A DNA stretch of 64,000 nucleotides from NCBI RefSeq assembly GCF_902652985.1, contig NC_047027.1, forward strand, positions 32,240,001-32,304,000. The letters run 5' to 3'. The translations under genes and the position numbers were made by a program. Every line of letters begins with the position of its first letter. Position 1 is the first letter of the stretch. The notes under the pieces are model-generated. The model was not told where the DNA came from. It ran no database searches and worked only from the letters and a program-made list of their open reading frames with translations. Below are positions 1 to 13,392 of this stretch, one piece after another. This stretch comes from Pecten maximus (lineage: Eukaryota).

Positions 1-1722
1 ATGATTACTAGATACTTGGTTCTGAAACTTTTCCTTTTCTTGTATAATATAGCTATTAAAGATAATAAAAAGATGCATTCCTTCAGTTAAATGTAAAAAG
101 GCACAATGCATATGTTACTTGTGTTGGCTCTCTTGTAAAAATTTTATCAAACTGCAAACCATCCCTTTCCTCAGTAATTCTGACATTTCCTAATTCTGTT
201 TTTTTTTTTTAATTTTTTCATTTTCTTTTCTTTTTTTTTCATTTTCTTGTATTTTGTTTTTTATTTTATTTTTTTTAATTTTTTTTTTGGTCTGTTAATT
301 TGCCAGGTTCAATCTCCTTGGAATAAAACTAAAGTTGACAATAACAACTACACCTGCATGCTGTTCTTTATTTCCATGTCTTGTGTTTTTTTCGGTTTGA
401 ATGCTTTGTAGAGCACCTTGTAAAATTTTACCAATCCTCATTAATTCCAGAATTTTAACAGTGAGAGATTTTGGGTGACTGGAATGAAAGTCGACTGTAA
501 AATTTCTCTCTATATAATGACAGTTTTATATGCCAGAGTTTGGTAGTAGAACTGTTGCATATCAAATTGTATTTCATGTACCACTCTGGTTTCTCGTAAA
601 TACAATATAACTTGATCTTACTTGATCTAACGTAAATATTCTTCACTCTACATAAGTAAAGCAAGGACGAGATTCCATATTTGTGAGTTTTGTAGGATTT
701 TCCACCTTAGTCTAAATCCAGTCCCAATACTAAGAGATATACTGGATAATTAAAATTTGAGGGAGCCCACAGGACAAACATGAATGTGGGACTCGGATAT
801 CTAAGTCCAAAATATCACTACACATTTCGTGTTACATACTCAGACTTGGTATGTAACATAAAGGGGAGGTAACTCTACAGACTTTAGATAAGTGTAGTTT
901 CAGACTCGTACATCCTCACTGTTTTACAGAGAGAAACTTGCAGTTGTTTACCCATGTTTTAAACATATTACAGCCAAATAATTTAAAGTATTTACAATTT
1001 CCAAAATTTGATTAATCCAGTAGAAATAATATTTTATGTTACTTAAAATTTTCCAAAGTTGAATACATAGGTTAGAAATTCTAACCAAATTTGGCAAGCA
1101 TATCAGACACGTCTGTACCACTCATAGCAAATAGGATTGAATATTTTATTAATTGCTGTTTTAAAAGTCCAATTATAGAGAATTTATTTCATTTGTACAC
1201 ATAGTTTTTCCTGGAAACATTAATAAAATTGTAACAATAGGCTTCTTATTGTTTTTTTCAAAAAAAAGGATAATTTGTTTTGCCTTATAAAGCTTTATAT
1301 TTTCCTGGATTAAAATCAGAGGGAAAATGCTGGTTATTTCTTATCATTCCATTTTGAAACAAACATTTAATACATTTTCATATTATTTATTCATTTTTGA
1401 CAATAAATTTTCAAATTGGTATTTATTTTTTTTGACAATGAATTTTCAATTGTTATTTATTAATTGTTGGCAATGAATTTTCGAATTGTGAATTATTCAT
1501 TTTTGACAAAAAACAAAACACAAAGTTGTATTTTGATATTTAATCAATACAAATTTCACACAAAAAACTGCTAATTTTTTAGGTTTACTTGTATAAACAA
1601 AATAATGAAGTGTTAAATGAGGAGCATTGATGAGACAACCAACCAGTTATAAGATTTGATATTTTCCCTGTAGAATATGTGACATATACTGGATTAAGTA
1701 GTAACTATGGTTTATTTTTCAG

Positions 1723-2044
1723 GATAAACAGGATTTGAAGAGTCCAGGCCAAAGTTCACTTCCAAAGACACCAACTCATCGCTCAGTGGATTTATCTCCC
1801 TTGCTCACATCTCAAAACTTGTCTCCCTTTCCGAACTCTTTATCACATTTACAAATCACGCCAAATACTAGTAACGGGAGCAACTACAGCACTGGGTCGT
1901 CCCCAACGGGGCTCACGCCTGGGTCCAACACGGGGTCCCCAAGGGGGCTTACTGTGCCAAATAGTGCGTACCCAGGTGAGAGGAAAAAATCTAGCACACT
2001 TGAGGACATAGAGAAAAACCGTTGTCTATTTATGGAACAGCAAG
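1723..2044 (+). CDS. PHLDB: PHLDB/LL5-like gene, internal coding exon A (Ser/Pro/Thr-rich, DKQDLKSP...FMEQQ)
   Basis: Acceptor tttatttttcAG at 1721-22; open frame matches ORF 1735..2058; ends CAA G|gcaagt (GC donor, phase 1), in frame with the exon at 5557. Upstream exons lie outside the window. Confidence 0.75.
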
Positions 2045-2339
2045 GCAAGTCACCCTAGCAACACACAGCCAACATGTAACCTGCTCATTTTAATTCATGC
2101 AACAGAAATGTTTATGAATCAATTCAGGTCAACTTTATCAATCAACCATTATTTTTAAAGTCCTTCTGGACAAATGGAAAATTCACAGATTATCTTTTTC
2201 TCATATTAGTCAGTCACAGAAAATTTGATACTTAAATCCAGGTAAAAATAAACTAGATTATATTTTCAGGTGAAATTCTAGATAAATGCCTAGTTCTAAG
2301 CCCATGAATCTTACTGATTTCATGCTTTGTAATAAGTTC

Positions 2340-2502
2340 AAGCCTGGTAATAAGCCCATGTCTGGTAATAAGTCCATGTCTGGTAATAAGTCCATGTCTG
2401 GTAATAAGTCCATGTCTGGTAATAAGCCCATGTCTGGTAATAAGCCCATGTCTGATAATAAGCCCACATCTGGTTATAAGTCCATGTCTGGTAATAAGTC
2501 TT
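2340..2502. repeat. Minisatellite, 18-bp unit (tctggtaataagyccatg)
   Basis: About 9 tandem copies. Confidence 0.9.
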
Positions 2503-3469
2503 ACACATTTCTGTTGCATTCATTCCAAATGCAGAAAAAAGATCTTTCAAAACAGCTCCAGAGGCAAGGCCACTGTATAGCGATCCCGTAATAAGCCCAC
2601 CCCCTGTTTTCAGTAAAAGTTGTTGTGACTTCCTGGGCTTATTACAGGATAAATACAGAATTTATCCGGTAACCAAGGAAATGAGCAGGTCACATGTTCA
2701 CTGTACTCTGAAGATCAACCAAGATCTGTGCATGACTGAAAATTAGCTGAAATAATTGTAAAGAATTTTGTTGTATAACTTTGTGATTCAGAATTTGAAT
2801 TAAGATAAACAGTACCAAGCTGATCAATTCTTAAAATAGAAGTGATTGGTGATGTCAGCATGTGTACAGTTATCTATTTTAACTACATTTCATGACATAA
2901 AATCACTACAGTCTTAAAAAAATATTATTCTAAATAAAAGATATATTTTGAATTGTGTTTTAATTAAAATGATCAGTTGATATTACATCTTTTTAATGTT
3001 TTATGACAGTTGAACAGATCTTCAGAGAAGTCTTAACATTAGCACATAGTTTATGTAACCAACAGTCAATCCAAGTAATGTAAACCTTTGGTGATACCTT
3101 CATTTACGATAATTCTCACTGCTATCCTAACACTCGGGGATGGTTAATACAGACCAAAAATCTGTCATTCTGGCTGATTGATTCTCCAATTGATCATTAT
3201 AATTTTGTTCATGCATCTATTTTTACATAAATTATCACAAATTAATCATTAAATTAATTTTTTTACATAGACTTTATATATTTATTACTTCTGATTCATT
3301 CAAGTTTAAAAACCTGAATGTATTTCTGGAGAAATTATTGTACAAACCAAGATTGAAACCTTTCCCCTTGGATTGACTGTTCTGTATATCACACATACAC
3401 CACTAATATCACATATCACTGTAAAGTCATATTGTACCGGTGGTAACCCTGGGGCCCAGACGCTCACCA

Positions 3470-3935
3470 ATAACTGTATCAAGCTCTCAACAAAGGGGGT
3501 AACTGTGTATCAATAGCTTCCAAACTCTAAATAAAGGGGGTAACTGTGTATCAACAGCTTTCAAACTCTCAATAAAGGGGAATAACTGCTTATCAATAGA
3601 TTCTAAACTCTCAATAAAGGGGGATAACTGTGTATCAACAGCTTACTCTCTCAACAAATGGGGTAAAATGTGTATCAACAGTTTCCAAACTCTCAACAAA
3701 GGGGGATAACTGTGTATCAACAGCTTCCAAACTCTCAACAAAGGGGGATAACTGTGTATCAACAGCTTCCAAACTCTCAACAAGGAGGGATAACTGTGTA
3801 TTAAACAGTTTCCGAACTCTCAATAAAGGGGGGGGGGGTAATTGTGTATCAACTGTTTCCGAACTCTCAACAAAGGGGGATAACTTTGCATCAACAGCTT
3901 CCAAACTCTCAACAAAGGGGGGATAACTATATCAA
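3470..3935. repeat. Minisatellite, ~42-bp unit
   Basis: aaactctcaacaaagggggataactgtgtatcaacagcttcc, about 11 copies. Confidence 0.9.
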
Positions 3936-4793
3936 CACCTAAAAGTTATTGTGACAATATGACTGGTTCTGAAGGTTATCACCGGTAAAATGTGAACATT
4001 CATTCCAAATTTACCCTATATACTTTGATGTAATCGATATATAGATCTAGTGGGAGGGTATACACTATATTTTCTCTCTAATCTAAATTGTATCTTGTCG
4101 AATGATATACTTTCTGTCTGAAGTGAATCTTGTATATAAATCCTAATTGTAGCTTATAGAAAATAGTTTGTCAGCTATGTAAACAGTAGAGTATAGGGTA
4201 GCTAGTATATTTAGATATAGCTATATCTCTACCATGTACTCATTCTGAAAAGTGTATCAACTTCAAACCTGTAAACCCTTTCTGTGAAATCTAATCCTCA
4301 AGAATGAATATTTTGATTTTAATGAAATTTGTCCAGTTTTTTGAACATTTCTTTCTTTCATGTGTCAAATCAATATGTATATTTCGTCATCATATATATG
4401 ATTTTTGTAGAGTACTGAATCTTTGAAATTTAGAATATTAATATATTTATACATGTATTATGTCCATGTACGAAATGATAAGAATATACCGAACGGTCAC
4501 TACAGGTTAGGAATACTATGAGTTTTACTCGATGACAACATAAGTTTTAGATAAATCAATTTATACATACACACTTACACATAATAAATACAGGATTTAC
4601 ATCCTTTGATTCAGCTCATACTAAAAAATATAAATAAAATCACATATGATTTAGGGATATATGTTTGACCTCTTGGAGTCAAAGGTCAAACCTAGTGAAC
4701 TTTTTCATTCTATGATAGTGGTCTTAAAGATAATTGATCAATCTGAAATTGTTCTCAAGGCGATAATAAGCCAGTTTGTCACATTTGTGAACA

Positions 4794-6139
4794 ATTTGTA
4801 GTTATACTCGCTGTGTATAATGCTGTAATAATCTAACAACTAATCGCGTAATTCTGGTCGATTGCACAAACACAAATGTCAAACTGACAGTGTATAAAAT
4901 AGAACTTAAGAGGATGCATCATTCTGTGTTTTATGAGATGATGTTCGACAAATGGTTTTCCATCTTATATGATGTGAGGTGTTTTATTGCTAGTATATGT
5001 CATACATACAAGTTGTTATGTGGATCCATCGAGGATTAACCGACGGACGTAAAAATCACGCGGAAAGTGATAATCAGCATCGCCTTTCTATACGATAACT
5101 TGCTTCAGTGTCGTACTATTTATAGGTTAGTTGTCAAGGGATCGAAACAAAAATTGAGGTCCAAAGTGTAGAAAAGTCCTTCAGAGATATTGTGTTTGTT
5201 ACTTAAATACATCAGTAATAGATGATGATGATGATGATGATGATTAACGCAGTCCCTTAGGGCTGCTTGCTAAAAAATAGTAGTAGTAAAATACTCAGAA
5301 TTTTATCAATTTCTGCAAATAGCTATAAAGTGTAATTTTATTGGTGCAAACCTTAAAACAAATGTTGTTTATTCATTTTTGAACATTTCTCTCTCACAAT
5401 CCCTTTATGGTTGAATTTTTAAGAATTAAAAACAATGCTAATAACAAATTACTTCAATTTCTTATAGGTTTGTTTAATATGAAAAAGTCAAAATATGTTG
5501 TCTAAGATTTTGTTGAGGGCATCGTGTACGAATAAACCGTGTCTTCTGGTGAACAGGTGGTAATGTGATCGAGCAGGAGAAGAGAAGAATCGAGGAATTA
5601 AAACGACGCGCGGCTGACGAAGGACGAGCACAGTGGGAAGAGCGTAAACTCAGGGAGGCTAACTGTAAAAGTTTTAACTCATTGGAGTCCGAGGATTCGA
5701 GCATAGCCAGCAGCTGTGAAACGCCATCCGAGAAAGAGACAAGGTAGGTAACTCTAGGTAGGAAGGGAGGTAACTCTAGGTAGAAAGGGGGGCAACTCAG
5801 GCTAAAGAACATTTTGGTGGCCAATGTGTTGGAATTTTAACAAATAATTATGTTAAATTTTGAATATTGTTTGTTTGCATTTTCAGTGAAGAATATTAGT
5901 TAATTTATGTGCATGAAGAAAACATTGAATTATTTTCAGGTCCATTGCCACAATGCCATGTTCTGCCATATTTGTGAAATATTTGTAGTTACTCACTGTG
6001 TATAATGCTGTAATAATCTAACAACTAATCGCGTAATTCTGGTCGATTGCACAAACACAAATGTCAAACTGACAGTGTATAAAATAGAACTTAAGAGGAT
6101 ACATCATTCTGTGTTTTATGAGATGTTGTTCGACAAATG
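4794..6139 (+). repeat. ~160-bp direct repeat pair (4794-4954 and 5981-6139) flanking PHLDB exon B
   Basis: Nearly identical ctgtgtataatgctgtaataatctaacaac...gttcgacaaatg in both introns. Confidence 0.92.
5557..5743 (+). CDS. PHLDB: PHLDB/LL5-like gene, coding exon B (GGNVIEQEKRRIEELKRRAADEGRAQWEERKLRE...SEKET)
   Basis: Acceptor gaacAG at 5555-56; charged coiled-coil peptide (ORF 5565..5747); donor AG|gtaggt, phase 2. Confidence 0.85.
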
Positions 6140-7389
6140 CCTTTCAGCCTTTCACAACACAGTTTACGACTCCCGTGTATATAGTTGTAACATGAAGTGG
6201 CTGTCTCGAGGGTAAACAACTAAGGAAAGTCTCTGTATAAAACACAAAGGATTTCACTCTCAACACAAATTTCACCAACCTAAAGCCATAACAGCTGTTT
6301 TTCCCCTAAGTTTTTACATAGTTCCAAGAAATAAACAAAACCTTTTATAACCATGATTATCTTTCTGATATATAAACTATAAAATGCTTCTTCTGTAACG
6401 CTACTGAACAGTTTTGATGTCATTAGATTGTCTCGCCTGTGATGAAGCAAGCGTGACCATGGTGTTATACTTTTCTGGCACTGTAATTGTTTGATCCAAC
6501 CACACATTTTCGTTCACACACAGAATAATGAATATGAATGGCATGGTAGTTATGGTCATAAATTCTAGAGGGCTGTTTTGCAAAATGTTTGCTGCAAAAA
6601 CAATTCAGCAATTAACATAGGAAAAATAATTTTCAGTTCTGAACAAACTGAGTATTTCCACCTATTAACTGTATAATACCTCTCTAACACTGCCGATTAT
6701 TTCTCTGGCAAGTCAAAACAGACAGGTACTGAATATATTCATGAAAGAAAACAATGTTGTTTTACAATGCAACACATTTTACCAATACCAATAGCTATAT
6801 GTTTTCAAACATTCATTTGAAAGAAGTGATTCTAGATTTTCAGGCATATTATGGCTTTTCGTGAGGTATTTTTATGTTTTTTTTATACCAAATTGTCATA
6901 AATGTGATGTACTCTCTTCATCACATGGTCTTTGTAATTTACCACGAGCCTTATAAACAGCTCTGAGATCCCCTGATGACATCAATCATTTTACCCTGAC
7001 GAGTCTCTCATGCATAAACAATATAAATCGTGGTCGGAGGAAGACTTCTGTAAATAAAGACAACCCGTACTTAATTCAGGCCCATTTCTGCGTTCATTGT
7101 TTCCGCTATTTAGGCAAAAGTTTGCGAGAGATGGAAACTTGATGTATAATTGATTTGGTATTGTATAGTTGGTAATATCTTCTGTAGTTAATATCCTGGA
7201 CATGTTGGAGTGTTTTACAGCTAAACCACTTCACAAATACATGAATTATTTATACATGTGATCATTATTTTAATCCATCGACATCTTCAGGCACCGCCTT
7301 CAATTAAATTGGTATTCTACACCTTCCCAAGAAACCTTTGCCCTATAACCAACACCACTCATTCAAATTTCCTCTACATTTTTATCCCA

Positions 7390-8580
7390 ACCTCCCTCTT
7401 CCATACAGTCTTCACCCTCCTCCTTCCCTCCCTCTCTCTTCTCTTCACTGTCCTCCCTCCCTCGTACATCCCCTACCCTCCTCCCTCCCTCTCTCTTCTC
7501 TTCACTGTCCTCCCTCCCTCGTACATCCCCTACCCTCCTTCTTCCCTCCCTCGTACATCCCCTACCCTCCTCCCTCCCTGGTACATCCCCTACCCTACCC
7601 TCCTCCCTCCCTGGTACATCCCCTACCCTCCTCCCTCCCTGGTACATCCCCTACCCTACCCTCCTCCCTCCCTCGTACATCCCCTACCCTCCTCCCTCCC
7701 TCTCTCTTCTCTTCACTGTCCTCCCTCCCTCGTACATCCCCTCCCTCTTCTTTCCCTCCCCAGTTACACCCCATCCCCTACCTCCTCCCCCTCCCCTCGT
7801 ACATCCCCTACCCTACCCCCTCCCTCGTACATCCCCTACCTCCTCCACTCTGGTACATCCCCTCCCCTCCCCTCCCTCCCTGGTACATCCCCTACCCCCC
7901 TCCCTCCCTGGTACATCCCCTACCCTACCCTCCTCCCTCCCTCGTACATCCCCTACCCTCCTCCCTCCCTGGTACATCCCCTACCCTCCTCCTCCCTGGT
8001 ACATCCCCTACCCTCCTCCCCTCCCCTGTCACCCTCTACCTCTTCTTCCTACTCCCCTTTAATCACCCTCCTCCCTCCCTCACCTTTCCCCTTCCCTCCT
8101 CATCCTTTCTCCTTCCTACCCTCCTCCTCCTTCTCCCACCCTCCTTCTCCCTCCCTCCCCCCCCACTATCCTTTCCTCCCCTTCACCCTCTCCTCACCCT
8201 CCCCTACCTTCCCCTTCCACATACCCTCCCCCTTCTTTTCCCTTCTCTCTTATATCCATTAATCTCCTCCATCCATCCCCACATTTTTCCTCCCCCCCCC
8301 TGTTTTTTTCTCCCACATTTTAACATCCCTCTCCCCTCCCCTCCCCTCCCTTCTATCCTTTTCTCCCACATTTTAACATCCCTCCCCTCCCCCCCTCCTT
8401 CCCCTCCCCTCCCCCCCCCATCTATCCTTTCCTCCCACATTTGAACATCCCTCTCCCCTCCCCTCCCCCCCCATCTATCCTTTTCTCCTACATTTTAACA
8501 TCCCTCTCCCCTCCCTCCCCTATTTGAACATCCTGTTCCCCTCCTCCATCCCTCCCTCCCTCCCCCTTACTTCCTTGTCT
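7390..8580. repeat. C/T-rich low-complexity tract with gtacatcccctaccct subrepeat
   Basis: About 1.2 kb, almost G-free on the + strand. Confidence 0.92.
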
Positions 8581-8989
8581 TTCCTTACAGATCAATGGTT
8601 TTCTGTCAGGCAAGCAAAGGGTTTTTTGCCCTTTAGACTAATACCAAAAGCATTCTACATGCCAATCGGATTTCAAGTTGCTAATCGCCTGAAGTCGTCT
8701 GAAGTCATTCATTGGTAATTAAGACTAAGCCTGATTAACGAGGGGATGACGACATCATTGTGGACGTCCCTATGTAAAGTTCAGGGTGAAGACAGAACTA
8801 ACCAGAGACAGATGTCATAACTCACTGTGAGTTTCTGTGTCGTTAGATTCTCTCCACAAGTTTTCTGTTATTTAGCCATCAATATTCTCTGTGCTGTCTA
8901 GTGAACTGACTAATTTCATTGAAGAAATACTTATTAGAAGGAAAGAGGAGAAAAGTAATGGACATATCTAACATATATAGAGCCAATAA

Positions 8990-9616
8990 CTATTATACAA
9001 TGGTTTATATTATACAATGGTTTATATTATACAATGGTTTATATGATACAATGGTTTATATTATACAATGGTTTATATCATACAATGGTTTATATCATAC
9101 AATGGTTTATATGATACAATGGTTTATATCATACAATGGTTTATATTATACAATAGTTTATGTTATACAATGGTTTATATTATACAATGGTTTATATTAT
9201 ACAATGGTTTATGTTATACAATGGTTTATGTTATACAATGGTTTATATTATACAATGGTTTATATTATACAATAGTTTATATCATACAATGGTTTATATT
9301 ATACAATGGTTTATATCATACAATGGTTTATATTATACAATGGTTTATATTATACAATGGTTTATATTATACAATGGTTTATATCGTACAATGGTTTATA
9401 TTATACAATGGTTTATATTATACAATAGTTTATATTATACAATAGTTTATGTTATACAATGGTTTATATGATACAATGGTTTATATTATACAATGGTTTA
9501 TATCATACAATGGTTTATGTTATACAATGGTTTATATTATACAATGGTTTATATTATACAATGGTTTATATGGTACAATGGTTTATATCATACAATGGTT
9601 TATATCGTACAATGGC
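8990..9616. repeat. Minisatellite, 17-bp unit (tatacaatggtttatat)
   Basis: About 36 copies. Confidence 0.95.
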
Positions 9617-9829
9617 TTGCATCCCTCTGGGATCTGTTGTTGTTTCCAAAATGCATTTGACCAAATTATGACCTTGACCTCACAATAAGCTGCGATCAGT
9701 TTGCCCTGGACCTTGTGTCTTACATATACCATGATGACCTTGATGCAATGGTCAAGGTCAGTAGGTTGATGATGATCATGGTACTGCCCTGCAGGGTATA
9801 CACCCCTCTGTTCTATGTCCGCTAATCTT

Positions 9830-10100
9830 CCTGAGGCTGGTTAGAGTAGCTACTCAGTGTGAAGGTCAAATGTGTGTGGTTCGACGCTCGCTACCATTGT
9901 CGGTTTGTTTTTTCTTCGAAGCTCAGAAACAAGTTAGTCTGTGCTGTGGTAGTTTTGTCCTTTGGCAGGACGCTTTATCCTGATTGCTCTGGTGATGGGT
10001 CTCTGGTTTCAATAGGGTAGTCACCAGCTACTACAAGGAGACCACTGCCTAAACATGACCTGTTCTCTGGATGATAAACACAGCAAACAAATAAAACAAC
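9830..10100 (+). mobile_element. Older degenerate SINE-like element
   Basis: ggctggttagag and ggttcgac box-like motifs, CORE/Nin-like gtcctttggcaggacgcttt, aaacaaataaaac tail. Confidence 0.4.
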
Positions 10101-10133
10101 CTGCTAATCTTTCTCTTGACACATCAAACATGA

Positions 10134-10356
10134 GAGGGCAGCGGTGGCCGAGTGGTTAAGGTGTCCAGACACTTTGTCAGTCGCCCTCCACCTCTAGGTT
10201 GAGAGTTCGAAAACTACGTGGGGCAGTTGCCAGGTACTGACCATAGGCCGGTGGTTTTTCTTAGGGTACTCCGGCTTTCCTCTACCTCCGAAACCTGGCA
10301 CATCCTTAGATAACCCTGGCTGTTAATAGGTCGTTAAACAAAACAAACCAAAACCG
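10134..10356 (+). mobile_element. tRNA-derived SINE (same family as 56245-56462)
   Basis: Same A/B boxes and body; tail aaacaaaacaaacc; flanking acatcaaac at 10121 and 10358. Confidence 0.88.
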
Positions 10357-11197
10357 AACATCAAACCAAGTGACTTTATAGCTTCTGTTGACATTCGTCC
10401 TGAGTTCCTACCATTCGTCTCACAGACTTTCAATATTTTGGGGAATTTGTACTGGATCTAGTCCTTTGTTTTGCTTCTGGTGTAGTAAAACTTGGTCATT
10501 CAATCTGATCACACAGCTGTACAAATTAATACAGAAAGGTAATTATTTGATGGACTGGTGTCATTCTAGGGGAGATAACCTCATCATTATACCACATGCA
10601 GACACTTGACTTTAACTTCAACAGAATCTAAATCAACGAATTATTAAAGATAATGAGTATTTTATGTCTAATCTGATATTAAAGGATATTAAATCTCATT
10701 AGTATGACCTGAGATGTCTTTCCCCCTCTCAAGTTTATCAGAACTAATTCTATCCCCCGGGACCACTTCAGACAGCCTGTGATCAATAGGAATGGGAGAT
10801 TCCATGGCCATTCTGTAGGGGAGACAGGTGACCAATACAATGACACCTTGGTCTCAATTCCACGTAACTTCTGTCAGATCAAAAAGCGTGCCTGCCACAT
10901 CGCTGGCCAACTTGTTGAGGAGAATCAATATTCTGTCACCTTATGCAAGACTGCATGTACTCTCTCAGGTGTGGGAGAATGCTGATATACCATAATCACT
11001 GAACTGTAGCTATGATTTTATGCTTGAATGACTAATTTTTAATCCACGATCGTTACTTAAGGTGTGAGTTGTAATCCTGTGTAAGGATCGAGTGTCCTGA
11101 TCACAGGTAATATCAGGAAAACAGTGTTAGACTGGAGGTGTATATCACAAATGATCTAGAATGTCACAACATACACTTACAAATCTAAATATGTTAC

Positions 11198-11622
11198 AGT
11201 CAATAAGGGGGAGTAACTGTCAATAAGGGGGAGTAACTGTCAGTAAGGGGGAGTAACTGTCAGTAAGGGGAAGTAACTGTCAATAAGGTGGAGTAACTAT
11301 CCATAAGGGGGAGTAACTGTCAGTAAGGGGAAGCAACTATCAATAAGGTGGAGTAACTGTCAGTAAGGGGGAGTAACTGTCAGTAAGGGGAAGCAACTAT
11401 CAATAAGGTGGAGTAACTATCCATAAGGGGGAGTAACTGTCAGTAAGGGGAAGCAACTATCAATAAGGTGGAGTAACTATCCATAAGGAATAGTATCTGT
11501 CAATAAGGGGGAGTAACTGTCAGTAAGGGGGAGTAACTGTCAGTAAGGGGGAGTAACTGTCAGTAAGGGGGAGTAACTGTCAGTAAGGGGAAGTAACTCT
11601 CAATAAGGGGAAGTAACTCACA
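11198..11622. repeat. Minisatellite, 20-bp unit (cagtaagggggagtaactgt)
   Basis: About 21 copies. Confidence 0.95.
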
Positions 11623-12849
11623 ATGATTAGTTATGTTTTTATATATCCCTTTGATGACAACTTTCATTAAAATTTGATTCCATGAGGTAATCTCACACAA
11701 CCAGGTACTTTATACTGTTAATCAGGCTCACATGCTCGTTTTGTTGGTGATGCTGGCTCTGGACTTTCGGTCTATAGTTTTGGTCTGTAGTCAGGAGTGT
11801 ACAGTTTGGCAGCAAGGTCTTGATGATGACCTACATGCATGAATACATAGTTCATTGCCATTCCTGGAGTTAATGACTCGTAAACCAGACTGCTTTCATA
11901 AGCCTACTTTTAATTTGTCAGTCGGGTATATATAATTGATGTAGGAGTTGGGAGGCTGTCTTCTCTGTCTCTCTGACAGCTCACACTCCCTGTATTCTTA
12001 CACTCTGACATGGCCGTTCAGAACTGGATACTGTGCTGTTAGAGGGATGTTTGTTAAATTGTGTGCTCATTCACATTCATTGGGTAGAATCTCCATGTAA
12101 ATCTAAATGACATTTAAATTATCCGGAAGGTGGAGAATCTATTGTACCATGTGATCTCTGTTGGTATGGAAAGAAGAGTCTAGCGTTATGTAATGATGAG
12201 TTCACAGGAGAATTTAGGAAAGTTTGACTGTATACCGACAGGGCTTTACAGGATCTGGACGTGTTTTTATTGGAGAGCCATCAGTAATTTGATCTGATTC
12301 TTGTGTAATTCCTGGATAAATACATCCAACAGTTTTGCACGCTGGAATGAAATAAGAGTTTTATAGTAAACAACACTGTTTGTTTACAAGGAATTTCTCT
12401 GGCGTCTGCCTAGAGTTTCTGGATCTTCAGGTTCCATTCCAATCAACCACATTGAGGAAATTAACACTGTGATTGGAATCGTTTGGTATATATATATACT
12501 ATACTTATATCTGGTTTACCAATAAGTGTGTTGTCTATCAGAGCGGATTCTGACAGATGAGGGATACAGTTGTTTACCTCCAGTGGAATTTATTTATTTT
12601 TTTGTGAATGGAATTTTGTCCCATATTGATTTACCTAGAAACCCAAACTATTTTCACCTGCTAACGATGTTTTAATACCTATGAATATTTATGAGGGGAA
12701 GCTGTTAAGATGATTGCTAGGAAGATACATATTTGATTATTTGTTGAGTGAAATTAATTTTCCGTTTATCATCACAGTACTCATCCAATTCAGTAATAAT
12801 CAGTTTCTGTGGAGACTGCTAATGAGGCTTAATGGTGTAACACACTGGT

Positions 12850-13272
12850 TTGTATGGCATTTATAGGGCTATAATCCCACACTGATGTTTGTCTTACAGA
12901 CACCTCTCACAGGACTAATGCATACTATACAGTGGGTATGGCATTTATAGGTTTGTCATACAGATGCCTCTCACAGGACTTTTGTATACTATACAGTGGG
13001 TACGGCATTTATAGGGCTATAATCTCACTCTGATGTTTGTCTTACAGACACCTCTCACAGGACTGTTGTATACTATACAGTGGGTACGGCATTTATAGGG
13101 CTATAATCTCACTCTGATGTTTGTCTTACAGACACCTCTCACAGGACTGTTGTATACTATACAGTGGGTACGGCATTTATAGGGCTATAATCTCACTCTG
13201 ATGTTTGTCTTACAGACACCTCTCACAGGACTGTTGTATACTATACAGTGGGTACGGCATTTATAGGGCTAT
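12850..13272. repeat. Tandem repeat, 84-bp unit
   Basis: ggcatttatagggctataatctcactctgatgtttgtcttacag...; about 5 copies, one shortened. Confidence 0.9.
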
Positions 13273-13392
13273 ATATGGTATATATAAATTACAGATATAC
13301 ATACATCTGTACAGGTATATATTGATTAAAGATATTTATAGATTAAAGGTATACCTACATATATACAAGTATATATAGATTACAGGTATATA

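Noticed and set aside
7258-8444. Pro-rich, extensin-like ORFs (334 and 368 aa)
   Set aside because: The C/T-rich tract lacks stops by composition, and two frames are open at once.
8919-9688. Tyr/Ile-rich hydrophobic ORFs
   Set aside because: Translations of the 17-bp minisatellite.
10138-10222. tRNA gene
   Set aside because: A/B boxes continue into a SINE body and tail, with a second copy at 56245-56462; no clean cloverleaf.
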